NCBI GenBank assembly: GCA_963783375.1
Contig: CAWANH010000029.1
Span: forward strand, 160,001 to 224,000
DNA length: 64,000 bases
Direction: 5' to 3'
Origin: Candidatus Eiseniibacteriota bacterium
GTDB lineage: Bacteria > Eisenbacteria > RBG-16-71-46 > JABDJR01
The translations under genes and the position numbers were made by a program. Under the pieces are notes generated by a model, which saw only the letters and a list, made by a program, of their open reading frames with translations, made no database searches and was not told where the DNA came from. This document shows positions 49,456 to 58,320 of the stretch, in pieces. Position 1 is the first letter of the stretch. Each line of letters begins with the position of its first letter.

Positions 49456-49779
49456 TCAGCTCTTGAAGCCGATTCCCTTTCCCGCTTCCGGCTGGCCGGT
49501 GGTGTCGATCGGGCCGTACTGCGCCTCGAACTTGGCCAGGTTCTCGCCCAGGGCCCGATGGAGCGCCTTGGCGTTGGGGGCGGTGAGGATGATGCGGGCG
49601 TGCACCTTGGCCTTGGTGATGCCGGGCAGGGTTCGCGCGAAGTCGACGATGACCTCGGAGTTGGAGTGGGAGATGAGGGCGAGGTTGGAGTAGATCCCCT
49701 GGGCCTCGGCCTCGTCGATGCTGAGCTGAAGCCCCGGGCCGGAGGCGGGTCTCCGCTCCGGCGATTTGTCCTCGGACAT
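49456..49779 (-). CDS. DUF3467-family protein
   Basis: GIYSNLALISHS.SE..VDF, RIIL.P..AK.L..AL.EN..KFE..YG. Confidence 0.85.
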   Translation of the reverse strand: MSEDKSPERRPASGPGLQLSIDEAEAQGIYSNLALISHSNSEVIVDFARTLPGITKAKVHARIILTAPNAKALHRALGENLAKFEAQYGPIDTTGQPEAGKGIGFKS

Positions 49780-49829
49780 GGATAGGTTGCTCCCGTCTCC
49801 GGCCCCGCGACCGGTGAAGTGGACGACGC

Positions 49830-51176
49830 ATGAATGCGAACGATGAAAGTCTAGAACCCGCTTCCGGGAGCGTCAACGCGGACGCCCTCCCGGGAGGGAA
49901 ATCCGGCGCCTCCCCCGAGATCGCCGCGATCACCGAGGGGCTCCTGGCGTGGCTCACCCGGCCCGAGGACGCGCGTCGGATCGCCGAGCGCGTCACCCGG
50001 GCCGCGGTCGAGGCGGGCGGAGCGGAGCGCGCGGTGATCCTGGTGCGGGATCCCGACCGCGACGAGCTTCTGGCCCTGGGGGCGGTCGGCTTCGAGGACC
50101 CGGCGGTCCGCGCCGAGCTCCTCCGGTTCGCCCGGCGCCTCGGGCGATGGTTGGAGCGCGCCGGAACCCCGCTCACCGTGCTCCACCCCGCCGACGATCC
50201 CCGCTTCCCCCCCGCGCCGGCGGATGAGGGCTCCGCCCACGGGCTCCCGCTACTCGCTTCGGGACGGTATCTGGGGGCCATGGTGGTGTTCGAGCACCGG
50301 GACCTCGATCCCGGTACCCCGGTGGAGAGCCGCGTCGCCCGCTTCGCCCCCCTGGCCTCGGTCTTCGCCCTCGCCCTTTCCCGCGAGCGCATGCAGGAAC
50401 GGATCGAGCGGCTCGCCCGGGACCTGGAGGCCGGCGAGCGCCGCCGGCTCCAGGCCGAGCGCCTGGCCGCGGTGGGAAGGCTGGCCGCGGACATGGCCGG
50501 CGAAGTGCAGGCCCCCCTGGCCTCCCTGGGTGGCCTGGCCGCCCGGCTGGCCGGAGAACTCCCCGAGGACCACCCCCATCGCGCGCTCCTCGAGGTCATG
50601 ATCGTCGAGGTCGCGCGCCTGGAGCGCCTGTTGGGGGACCAGGTGGAGCTGGCCCGCGCGCACGAGGAAGGTCCCCGGCCCGACGACCTGAACCGGATCC
50701 TGGCCGAGTGCGTCATGCTCCTGGAGCGGGAGACCCGGGCCCGGAAGGTCCGGGTCACCCGGCGCCTGGCCATGAGCCTTCCCACCCTGCTCCTCAACGC
50801 CGGGTTGCTCCGCCGCATTCTCCTGAACCTCCTCCGCGGAGCCCTGGAAAGCACCGAACCCGGGGGACGGATCAAGGTCGAGACCAAGCGCAAGGGCGAG
50901 ATGGTGGAGATCCTGGTGGCCGCGGAGAGCCGGCGGGAGCCGGGAGGCTCCCTCGACGCGATGTGGAAGCCGTTCGCCGCCGAGGCGGGGGACCAGGCGG
51001 GAACCAGCGCCGCGGCGGTCCAGCAGATGCTGAAGGAGCACGGCGCCACCTTGCGCGTCGCCGCCACCCGGGACTGGCCCGTCGTCTACTCCCTGACCCT
51101 CCCCATCCCCGGGAACCAGGATCGCCGGCGGATCCACCGCGACCGCCGCTCCGGGGGCGATCGCCGGATCGCCTGA
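49830..51176 (+). CDS. GAF-domain histidine-kinase-like protein with degenerate catalytic motifs (pseudokinase)
   Basis: GAF domain, AERLAAVGRLAADMAGEVQAPL (His replaced by Gly), no DxGxG or GxGLGL; C-terminal DRR repeats. Confidence 0.75.
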   Translation: MNANDESLEPASGSVNADALPGGKSGASPEIAAITEGLLAWLTRPEDARRIAERVTRAAVEAGGAERAVILVRDPDRDELLALGAVGFEDPAVRAELLRFARRLGRWLERAGTPLTVLHPADDPRFPPAPADEGSAHGLPLLASGRYLGAMVVFEHRDLDPGTPVESRVARFAPLASVFALALSRERMQERIERLARDLEAGERRRLQAERLAAVGRLAADMAGEVQAPLASLGGLAARLAGELPEDHPHRALLEVMIVEVARLERLLGDQVELARAHEEGPRPDDLNRILAECVMLLERETRARKVRVTRRLAMSLPTLLLNAGLLRRILLNLLRGALESTEPGGRIKVETKRKGEMVEILVAAESRREPGGSLDAMWKPFAAEAGDQAGTSAAAVQQMLKEHGATLRVAATRDWPVVYSLTLPIPGNQDRRRIHRDRRSGGDRRIA

Positions 51177-51348
51177 GTCGATCGCCGCCGCCCGCGCCGG
51201 GCCTTCGTGCCGGCCGTCCCGACAAATCATGATTGATATTGTCCCACTTCCACGTCGCCGCGCGGGCGCCATGCGTGGAGTATTGCAAGAAAAAGTGATA
51301 AAATGCCATCGGACAGCCTCTCTCACCAACCGGGACCAAGGAGGCGTC

Positions 51349-52200
51349 ATGATGACACGCTACATGTTTCTCCTCGCCACGTTGATCCTGGGCAGCGTCG
51401 TGCTTGGGGTGATCGCCCCCCCCGCGGCGGCCCAAACCTGCAACGTCAGCGGCGTCAAGATCGTCGCCCACATCTCGAGCACCGTGACCAAGTCCCCCTG
51501 CATCTACCCCGCGTCCGGAGTCACCGGGTTCGGGTGCTCCCCGACCCAGGCCTCCAGCCTGGTCACCTCCGGCGACCTGAACACGGAGTACCAGGTGTAC
51601 CTCATGGCGGTCGACGTCCCGGTACTCCAGGGTCTGGCCCGGATCGAGGTCGGCCTGGACTACGACGGGGTGGACAACCAGGGGGTGGACATCCTGAGCT
51701 GGACGCTCTGCGCCGATCAGGGCCAGGACCTGAACGGCTGGCCGGCCAGCGGGAGCGGCATGGAGTTCTCGTATCAGGGTTGCGCGGACACCACCGCGGA
51801 TCCCACCGATCCGGAGGGGGACGCCGGGGCGCTCCTGGGAGTGTTCAACCTGATCGCCTACTCCCCGGACCGACTTGCCGTTCACCGGCTGGACTACCGG
51901 TCCATGCCGCTCCTCAGGTACACCGATTGTACCGCCACCGAGTACTACCTCCTGGACGGCAACTTCGGGTACGCCTCGTTCTCCGCGTCGGCGAGCGCCT
52001 ACGGGTCCGACCCCTGCAGGGTCGTGGTGGACTACATTCCCGGGATCTGCTGCTATCCCGACGGGTCCTCCGGATCGGCCTACGAGTTCTGCTGCACCGC
52101 CGCGGGAGGCGTCTTCATTCCCATGGGGAGCGGTGAGACCTGCGCCACCCCGGTGGAGCGCGACACCTGGAGCCGGCTGAAGGACCGCTACCGGGACTGA
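51349..52200 (+). CDS. Secreted Cys-rich protein with C-terminal TPVERDTWSRLKDRYRD tag
   Basis: AAGGAGG RBS, signal peptide AAA|Q, GICCYPDG..CCTAAGG Cys module, TW.R.K tail. Confidence 0.8.
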   Translation: MMTRYMFLLATLILGSVVLGVIAPPAAAQTCNVSGVKIVAHISSTVTKSPCIYPASGVTGFGCSPTQASSLVTSGDLNTEYQVYLMAVDVPVLQGLARIEVGLDYDGVDNQGVDILSWTLCADQGQDLNGWPASGSGMEFSYQGCADTTADPTDPEGDAGALLGVFNLIAYSPDRLAVHRLDYRSMPLLRYTDCTATEYYLLDGNFGYASFSASASAYGSDPCRVVVDYIPGICCYPDGSSGSAYEFCCTAAGGVFIPMGSGETCATPVERDTWSRLKDRYRD

Positions 52201-52261
52201 GCGGGGTCCGGGCTTGCGGGCGGTTTTGCGCCCGTGGTAACCTCCGCGGCCTGTTTCCGGT

Positions 52262-52337
52262 GCGACCCTAGCTCAGTTGGTAGAGCACGTGACTGAAAAT
52301 CACGGTGTCCCCAGTTCAATTCTGGGGGGTCGCACCA
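52262..52337 (+). tRNA. tRNA-Phe (GAA)
   Basis: Acceptor stem GCGACCC/GGGTCGC, anticodon arm CGTGA-CTGAAAA-TCACG, TTCAATT T-loop, encoded CCA. Confidence 0.97.
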
Positions 52338-52373
52338 TTTTTTTCCCCTCGCCCCGCGCGGCCCTCCCGCGCC

Positions 52374-53387
52374 TCACCGGACCTCCACCCCCTCCGGCCG
52401 GCCACTCCCGCCGGAAGCCGCCATCCGCCGCCCCAGGACAATGAGAATCGGCGCGGCCAGGAGCGGGACCAGCTCGGCGTGAACCCGCATCTCGTCCAGG
52501 ATGGCCACCGGGAAGAGGACGACGAGATAGAGGGGCACGAGCCACAGGGCCCGGCGGATGAACCGGGGTTGCCCCCGAAGCACGAAGGGAACCACCCAGG
52601 TGAGGCCGCCGAAGGCCAGGATGAGCTTGAGCCAGTCGTGAACGCCGTGACGGGTCAGGAGGAGCATCCCCCGAAGGGTCTGCAGGTTCGTGGCCAGGGC
52701 GAACTCCACCGCCGGATGCCCGCGGCCGACCGCGGCCCACAGGACGACCCGCGTTCCCAGCCAGAGGGCGAGCTGGGCAACGGCGTGGAGCGCCAGGGAC
52801 CGGTCCGGCATGCGGCCGCCCTCGGTCAGGACGAACACCATGGCCAGGAAGAGAATCGTTTCGCGGTTCAGGCACCCCGCGAGGAAGACCGCGTAGTAGA
52901 GCGCCCATCGGCGCCGCTGGAGGAGGCGCAGACCCGCGGTGAAGAAGAGGACCGAGGGGAGATCGAAGGGCTCGTAGAGGGTGGAGAGGAGACAGTAGTT
53001 CCAGAGGAGGGGCCAGAGAATCCCCAGGGTCAGGACGGACGCGGCCGAGCCCCCCACGTACTCGCCCAGAAACCCCCGGTAGGCCAGGAGGAGCAGGACG
53101 ACGGTGACCACCCCGGCCAGGGTGAAGCCCAGGGCCTGGGTCGCGGGGGATACCGCGGTCAGCGCCCGGACCAGCCAGGGGACGAGCATCCGATGGCCGA
53201 AGGGCGGCGGCACCACCTGGCGCATGAACTCGTCCGCGGTGTACGGGCTCCAGATCGTGCGCCGCTCGTAGAGGAGCACGAACAGCACCGCCGCCGCGAG
53301 GTAGACCGCGAGGCGGATCCCCGGACGGGCCAGGAGCCCGGCGGCGCGTTCCACCGGCGATCTCCGCCGGGCGGTGGAAGTGATCAT
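52374..53387 (-). CDS. Multi-pass membrane protein, possibly GT-C-like
   Basis: About 9-10 hydrophobic segments; PF.HR.LVP.L, FDLP and LNRET motifs. Confidence 0.6.
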   Translation of the reverse strand: MITSTARRRSPVERAAGLLARPGIRLAVYLAAAVLFVLLYERRTIWSPYTADEFMRQVVPPPFGHRMLVPWLVRALTAVSPATQALGFTLAGVVTVVLLLLAYRGFLGEYVGGSAASVLTLGILWPLLWNYCLLSTLYEPFDLPSVLFFTAGLRLLQRRRWALYYAVFLAGCLNRETILFLAMVFVLTEGGRMPDRSLALHAVAQLALWLGTRVVLWAAVGRGHPAVEFALATNLQTLRGMLLLTRHGVHDWLKLILAFGGLTWVVPFVLRGQPRFIRRALWLVPLYLVVLFPVAILDEMRVHAELVPLLAAPILIVLGRRMAASGGSGRPEGVEVR

Positions 53388-53596
53388 GGTTCGGTTTCCC
53401 CCGCTCCGGACCGGGCGGTTTCCGCCGGCCCGGGCGGCCGGCGCGGCTCGGGGGAGGATACCGGTCCCCGGGGGCCAGGGGTAGGGCCGGGGCGGGCCGG
53501 TCGCGCTTGCCTTTTCTCCGCGCGGTTGGGTAAGCTATTCGCCCTTTGTGACCGCGTTCCTGGACCGGCGAAACGCGGAATGGAATCGTGATTCGG

Positions 53597-53672
53597 GCTG
53601 GTGTAGCTCAGCCGGTAGAGCAACGCACTCGTAATGCGTAGGTCAGCGGTTCGATTCCGCTCACCAGCTCCA
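53597..53672 (+). tRNA. tRNA-Thr (CGT)
   Basis: Acceptor stem GCTGGTG/CACCAGC, anticodon arm ACGCA-CTCGTAA-TGCGT, TTCGATT T-loop, CCA. Confidence 0.97.
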
Positions 53673-53781
53673 GCTTTCCCATTCCCCGGCCCAGGGGGAC
53701 GCCCGGCCGCCGGCCCCGGGAACCCTTCCCGCCCCGGTTTCTACCGGACGGCCGCCCCGGCCGGCGAGGAGGGAGGACCCC

Positions 53782-55134
53782 TTGGCGTCCCAATCCAAGC
53801 TCATGACCGGGGTTTCCGGCGTTCGTGGTGTGGTGGGGGAGTCCCTGACCGCCGAGATCCTCCTCCGCTACGCCGCCGCCTTCGCCGCCACCCTGGGACC
53901 CGGCCCGGTGGTCTTCGGCCGGGATTCCCGCCCCTCCGGGCCCGCGCTCCGGCACGCGGTCCTGGCCGGGCTCCTGGGCGCCGGCCGAAACGTCCTGGAG
54001 CTGGGGATCGTCCCCACCCCCACCGTCCAGCTGGAGGTCGAGCGCCACCACGCCGCGGGGGGGATCGCCCTCACCGCGAGCCACAACCCGGTGGAGTGGA
54101 ACGCGCTCAAGTTCGTGGGGCCCTCGGGACGGTTCCTGGGGCCGAAGGAGGCCGCCGCCTTCCTGGCCTCGGTGGACCGACCGCTGCCCGCGGTGCGGTG
54201 GGACGCCCTGGGGACGCGCACCGACGTTCCCGACGCCGTCCGCCATCACGTGGATCTGATCCTCGAGCTTCCGGAGGTGGACGCGGAGCGGGTGGCCAAG
54301 GCCCGGCCCCGGGTGGTGCTGGACGCGGTCCACGGCGCCGGGGGGGCGGCCGGCCGCATGCTCCTGGAGCGCCTGGGGTGCGACGTCACCGTGCTCTTCG
54401 AGGAGCCCACCGGCCTCTTTCCGAGGCCGCCGGAGCCCCTGGCCGAGAACCTCACCGCGCTGGCCGCGGAGGTGAAGCGCCGGGGGGCGGACCTCGGCCT
54501 GGCCTTCGATCCCGACGTGGACCGGCTCTCCCTGGTGGACGAGCACGGCACCGCGGTGGGGGAGGAGTGCACCCTGGCCCTGGCCGCCGACCACGTCCTT
54601 TCGGTCCGCCCCGGCCCGGTGGTCACCAATCTCTCCACCAGCGCCCGGCTGGAGGCGGTGGCCGCCCGCCACGGGCAGACGGTGACCCGCACTCCGGTGG
54701 GGGAGGCCAACGTGGTGGAGGGGATCCTGGCGCGGGACGCCCGGATCGGAGGTGAGGGGAACGGGGGGGTCATCCTTCCCGCCCTCCACCTGGGGCGGGA
54801 CGCCCCCGTGGGCGCGGCGCTGATCCTGACCGGGCTGGTCACCCGGGGCACCACCCTCTCCCGCTGGGTGGGCGCCCTGCCGGAGCTTCACATGGTGAAG
54901 GCACGCATCGACCTGACCCGGGAACCGGACTGGGAGGCCGCCGAGGCCGCGGTCCGGGCCCTCCTCCCCGGCGCCGGGGCGGACCGGCGCGACGGTTTGC
55001 GGCTCTCCGAGGGCCCGGAGTGGGTACACTTGAGGAAATCGGGCACGGAGCCGATCATCAGGGTTATCGCCGAGGCCGCCACCCCGGGCCGGGCTGGGGA
55101 GCTGGTCCAGGCGGCGAAGAACGCATTGAGCTGA
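53782..55134 (+). CDS. glmM: Phosphoglucosamine mutase
   Basis: SGVRG, TASHNP, DPDVDR, GGEGNGG and R.SGTEP; directly upstream of glmS. Confidence 0.88.
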   Translation: MASQSKLMTGVSGVRGVVGESLTAEILLRYAAAFAATLGPGPVVFGRDSRPSGPALRHAVLAGLLGAGRNVLELGIVPTPTVQLEVERHHAAGGIALTASHNPVEWNALKFVGPSGRFLGPKEAAAFLASVDRPLPAVRWDALGTRTDVPDAVRHHVDLILELPEVDAERVAKARPRVVLDAVHGAGGAAGRMLLERLGCDVTVLFEEPTGLFPRPPEPLAENLTALAAEVKRRGADLGLAFDPDVDRLSLVDEHGTAVGEECTLALAADHVLSVRPGPVVTNLSTSARLEAVAARHGQTVTRTPVGEANVVEGILARDARIGGEGNGGVILPALHLGRDAPVGAALILTGLVTRGTTLSRWVGALPELHMVKARIDLTREPDWEAAEAAVRALLPGAGADRRDGLRLSEGPEWVHLRKSGTEPIIRVIAEAATPGRAGELVQAAKNALS

Positions 55135-55231
55135 TACGAATCCGTTCGGGGGAAGCCCCGGATCGGTTTCGCGCGCTGGACGGGGCCCGACGGATGTCCG
55201 GCCGGGGTCCAGCCCGGGCAAGGAGGCGACC

Positions 55232-57058
55232 ATGTGCGGCATCGTGGGCTACGTCGGTGGGCGGGAGTGCCAAACCATCCTCATGGATGGCCTCAAGCGC
55301 CTGGAGTATCGGGGCTATGACTCGGCCGGGGTGGCGATCATCAACGGGACCGGCGTCCAGGTGCAGAAGCAGTCGGGAAAGATCTCCGGGCTGGAGACCC
55401 TGCTCCGGGACCATCCGATTTCCGGGACCACCGGGATCGCGCACACCCGATGGGCCACTCACGGCGAGCCCAACACCCTGAACGCCCATCCCCATGTGGA
55501 CGGAAGCGGGGAGATCGCCCTCGCCCACAACGGCATCATCGAGAACTACCGGACCTTGAAGAGCAAGCTTCAGTCGGAGGGACACACCTTCCACACCGAC
55601 ACCGACACCGAGGTCCTCGCCCACCTCATCCAGAAGTACTACACCGGCAGCCTGGAAGAGGCGGTGGCCAAGGCGCTGGCATTGGTGGAGGGGACCTACG
55701 GGATCGCCGTCCTCTCCAGCCGCGAGCCCCGGAAGGTGGTGGGAGCCCGCCACGGAAGCCCCCTGGTGGTGGGGGTGGGGGACGGGGAGTACTGGGTGGC
55801 CAGCGATGTTTCGGCCATCCTCCGTTACACCAAGAACGTGGTGTACCTCGACGACGGCGAGATGGTGGTCATCACCCCCGAGTCCTTTCAGACCACGACC
55901 ATCGACGGCCGCCACATGGACAAGCAGGTCCAGGAGGTGGAGTGGGAGCTGGAGCAGATCGAGAAGGGCGGCTTCGATCACTTCATGCTCAAGGAGATCT
56001 TCGAGCAGCCGCAATCGGTGCAGAACGCATTCCGGGGACGTCTCATGATGGAGGAGGGGACGGGCCGTCTGGCCGGGCTCAACATGGAGAAGAACGCGCT
56101 CCGGTTGGTGGACCGCATCATCATCCTGGGCTGCGGCACCTCCTGGCACTCGGGCCTGATCGGCGAATACATGCTCGAGGAGTACGGCGGCATTCCGGTG
56201 GAGGTGGAGTACGCCTCGGAATTCCGCTACCGGAATCCCATCGTCAAGGCCGGCACGATCTGCCTGGCCATCAGTCAGTCCGGGGAAACCGCGGACACCC
56301 TGGCCGCGATGCGGGAGGCCCGCCGGCGGGGGGCCCCGGTCCTGGGGGTGGTGAACGTGGTGGGAAGCACCATCGCCCGGGAATCCGACGGCGGGGTCTA
56401 CGTCCACGCCGGACCCGAGATCGGGGTGGCATCGACCAAGGCCTTCACCAGCCAGGTGGCGGCGCTGGCCGTGCTCACGTTGAGCCTGGCCCGGCTCCGG
56501 GGCATGAACGAGGAGGACGGCCGCCGGATCGTTCGCGCCCTCATCGAGATTCCCCAGAAGATGGAGCGCATTCTCGAGAACAACGAACCGATCCGCGAGA
56601 TCGCCAAGGCCTACGCCCACCACAACAACTTCCTCTACCTGGGCCGGGGATCCAACTTCCCGGTGGCCCTTGAAGGGGCGCTCAAGCTCAAGGAGATCTC
56701 CTACATTCACGCCGAGGGCTACCCGGCGGCGGAGATGAAGCACGGACCCATCGCGCTGATCGACGACAACATGCCGGTGGTTTTCATCTGCCTCCAGGAT
56801 TCCGCCTACGACAAGGTGCTCTCCAACATGGAAGAGGTGCGGGCTCGGCGGGGCAAGATCATCGCGGTGGCCAGCGAGGGGGATACCCTGGTCCGGGAGA
56901 AGGCCGATCACGTGATCTACATCCCCCACACCGAGGAGATGCTCTCCCCGCTTCTGAGCGTGATCCCCCTCCAGCTTCTGGCGTATCATGTGGCCGTCCT
57001 GCGCGGCTGCGACGTGGATCAGCCCCGCAACCTGGCCAAGAGCGTGACCGTGGAGTGA
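55232..57058 (+). CDS. glmS: Glutamine-fructose-6-phosphate aminotransferase
   Basis: MCGIVG, LEYRGYDSAG, HTRWATHG, SQSGET and PRNLAKSVTVE. Confidence 0.98.
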   Translation: MCGIVGYVGGRECQTILMDGLKRLEYRGYDSAGVAIINGTGVQVQKQSGKISGLETLLRDHPISGTTGIAHTRWATHGEPNTLNAHPHVDGSGEIALAHNGIIENYRTLKSKLQSEGHTFHTDTDTEVLAHLIQKYYTGSLEEAVAKALALVEGTYGIAVLSSREPRKVVGARHGSPLVVGVGDGEYWVASDVSAILRYTKNVVYLDDGEMVVITPESFQTTTIDGRHMDKQVQEVEWELEQIEKGGFDHFMLKEIFEQPQSVQNAFRGRLMMEEGTGRLAGLNMEKNALRLVDRIIILGCGTSWHSGLIGEYMLEEYGGIPVEVEYASEFRYRNPIVKAGTICLAISQSGETADTLAAMREARRRGAPVLGVVNVVGSTIARESDGGVYVHAGPEIGVASTKAFTSQVAALAVLTLSLARLRGMNEEDGRRIVRALIEIPQKMERILENNEPIREIAKAYAHHNNFLYLGRGSNFPVALEGALKLKEISYIHAEGYPAAEMKHGPIALIDDNMPVVFICLQDSAYDKVLSNMEEVRARRGKIIAVASEGDTLVREKADHVIYIPHTEEMLSPLLSVIPLQLLAYHVAVLRGCDVDQPRNLAKSVTVE

Positions 57059-57062
57059 GCCG

Positions 57063-57437
57063 ATGAACCTAGTACAAACCGACGCCGCCCCCGAGGCGGT
57101 GGGTCCCTACAGTCAGGCGGTACGGGCGAACGGGTTCCTGTTCACCGCGGGGCAGGTGGGCCTCGATCCGGCCACCGGGAAACTGGTGGCGGGAGGGGTG
57201 GCCGCCGAGACCCGGCGGGTGCTGGCCAACCTGGCCGCGGTACTCCTGGCCGGAGGGTCAGGCCTGGACCGGGTGGTGAAGACCACGGTGTTCCTGGCCG
57301 ATCTGGCGGATTTCAAGATCGTGAACGAGGTCTACGCCGAGATGTTCGGCGGGCACCGGCCCGCCCGCTCCACCGTCCAGGTCGCGGCCCTTCCCCTCGG
57401 GGCCCAGGTGGAGATCGAAGCTGTCGCCCTGGTCTGA
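57063..57437 (+). CDS. ridA: RidA/YjgF-family reactive-intermediate deaminase
   Basis: GPYSQA, GQ, VVKTTVFL, N.VY and PARS.VQV..LP..VEIE. Confidence 0.93.
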   Translation: MNLVQTDAAPEAVGPYSQAVRANGFLFTAGQVGLDPATGKLVAGGVAAETRRVLANLAAVLLAGGSGLDRVVKTTVFLADLADFKIVNEVYAEMFGGHRPARSTVQVAALPLGAQVEIEAVALV

Positions 57438-57529
57438 CCGCCAGCCGGACGGGTGGCCGGCGGACGCGGGCGATCTCACGGTCGTGGACAGGCCCGGGGC
57501 TTCCCCTCTACACTCTTCCGCTCGTTCGA

Positions 57530-57627
57530 GGAGACGAATGGGTCCTGGTGGGCCCCGAGGACTTCAAATCCTTCAGTCGGGCGCTGATACCGTCCGGGGT
57601 GGGTTCGATTCCCACGCGTCTCCGCCA
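57530..57627 (+). tRNA. selC: tRNA-Sec (UCA)
   Basis: Anticodon arm GAGGA-CTTCAAA-TCCTT; 6-bp D-stem GGGTCC/GGGCCC with 4-nt loop; long variable arm; 8/5 acceptor/T arrangement (8th pair A.G); G73 then CCA. Confidence 0.93.
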
Positions 57628-57645
57628 GCCTGTTTCCGGGTCCTG

Positions 57646-58320
57646 GTGACGATAGGGCTCCTCCTCGCCTTGGGGGGATGGGGGACGGCCCGGGCCGAGG
57701 ACCCGGAAGGGACCCCGGCCGACACCGTGGCCGGAGCCTGGATGGGGATCGCTCCCGCCGATTCGGCGGCGTTCGGAAATCCTCCGGCCCCCGCGGACAC
57801 CGCGGCGGGGGAGGAAGCTTTCCCGCCGCCGGCCCGTATCAGGATGGGAGCAAAGGCCGCGGCCCCCCTCCGCCGGGGGCCCACGCCGGGAGGGTCGGCG
57901 CTGCGCTCCTTCGTTCTTCCCGGGTGGGGCCAGGCCGCGAATCACAAGTGGATCAAGACGGTGGGGTTCCTGGGGGCCTACGCCGGCTTCTGGGCCTGGT
58001 CCATCTCGCTCCACCAGGAGCGGATGGACGCGGTGGGAAGCCTGAACGTGGCTGGGACGGACAGCGCCCGGACTTACTGGACGGCGGAGATCGACCGAGC
58101 CACCAGCGCCAGGAACGGCAAGTACTGGATGGCGGGACTGACCCTGCTGCTCTCGGTGGCCGACGCCTACGTGGACGCGGCCCTGACCAACTTCGACAAG
58201 CGCATGGACGCCGACGTCGGCTTCGTCCCCTCCGGAGAGGATCCCGCCCTGGGAGTCCGGCTCTCGGTGGCCTGGGACGGGCCCGCGGTGAACCGGCAGA
58301 GAAGAGAACCGACCCGATGA
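57646..58320 (+). CDS. DUF5683-like membrane/exported protein (start uncertain)
   Basis: Signal-like segment ending ARA|E; P...ALRS.VLPGWGQ..N..W.K; DAYVDA. Confidence 0.7.
   Translation: MTIGLLLALGGWGTARAEDPEGTPADTVAGAWMGIAPADSAAFGNPPAPADTAAGEEAFPPPARIRMGAKAAAPLRRGPTPGGSALRSFVLPGWGQAANHKWIKTVGFLGAYAGFWAWSISLHQERMDAVGSLNVAGTDSARTYWTAEIDRATSARNGKYWMAGLTLLLSVADAYVDAALTNFDKRMDADVGFVPSGEDPALGVRLSVAWDGPAVNRQRREPTR

Noticed and set aside
52262-53672. Integrative element at tRNA-Phe or tRNA-Thr
   Set aside because: No integrase or transposase and no att-like duplicate of either tRNA 3' end seen in the window.
55135-55231. glmS ribozyme upstream of glmS
   Set aside because: The spacer is under 100 nt and lacks a recognisable ribozyme core; glmM-glmS looks like a simple operon.
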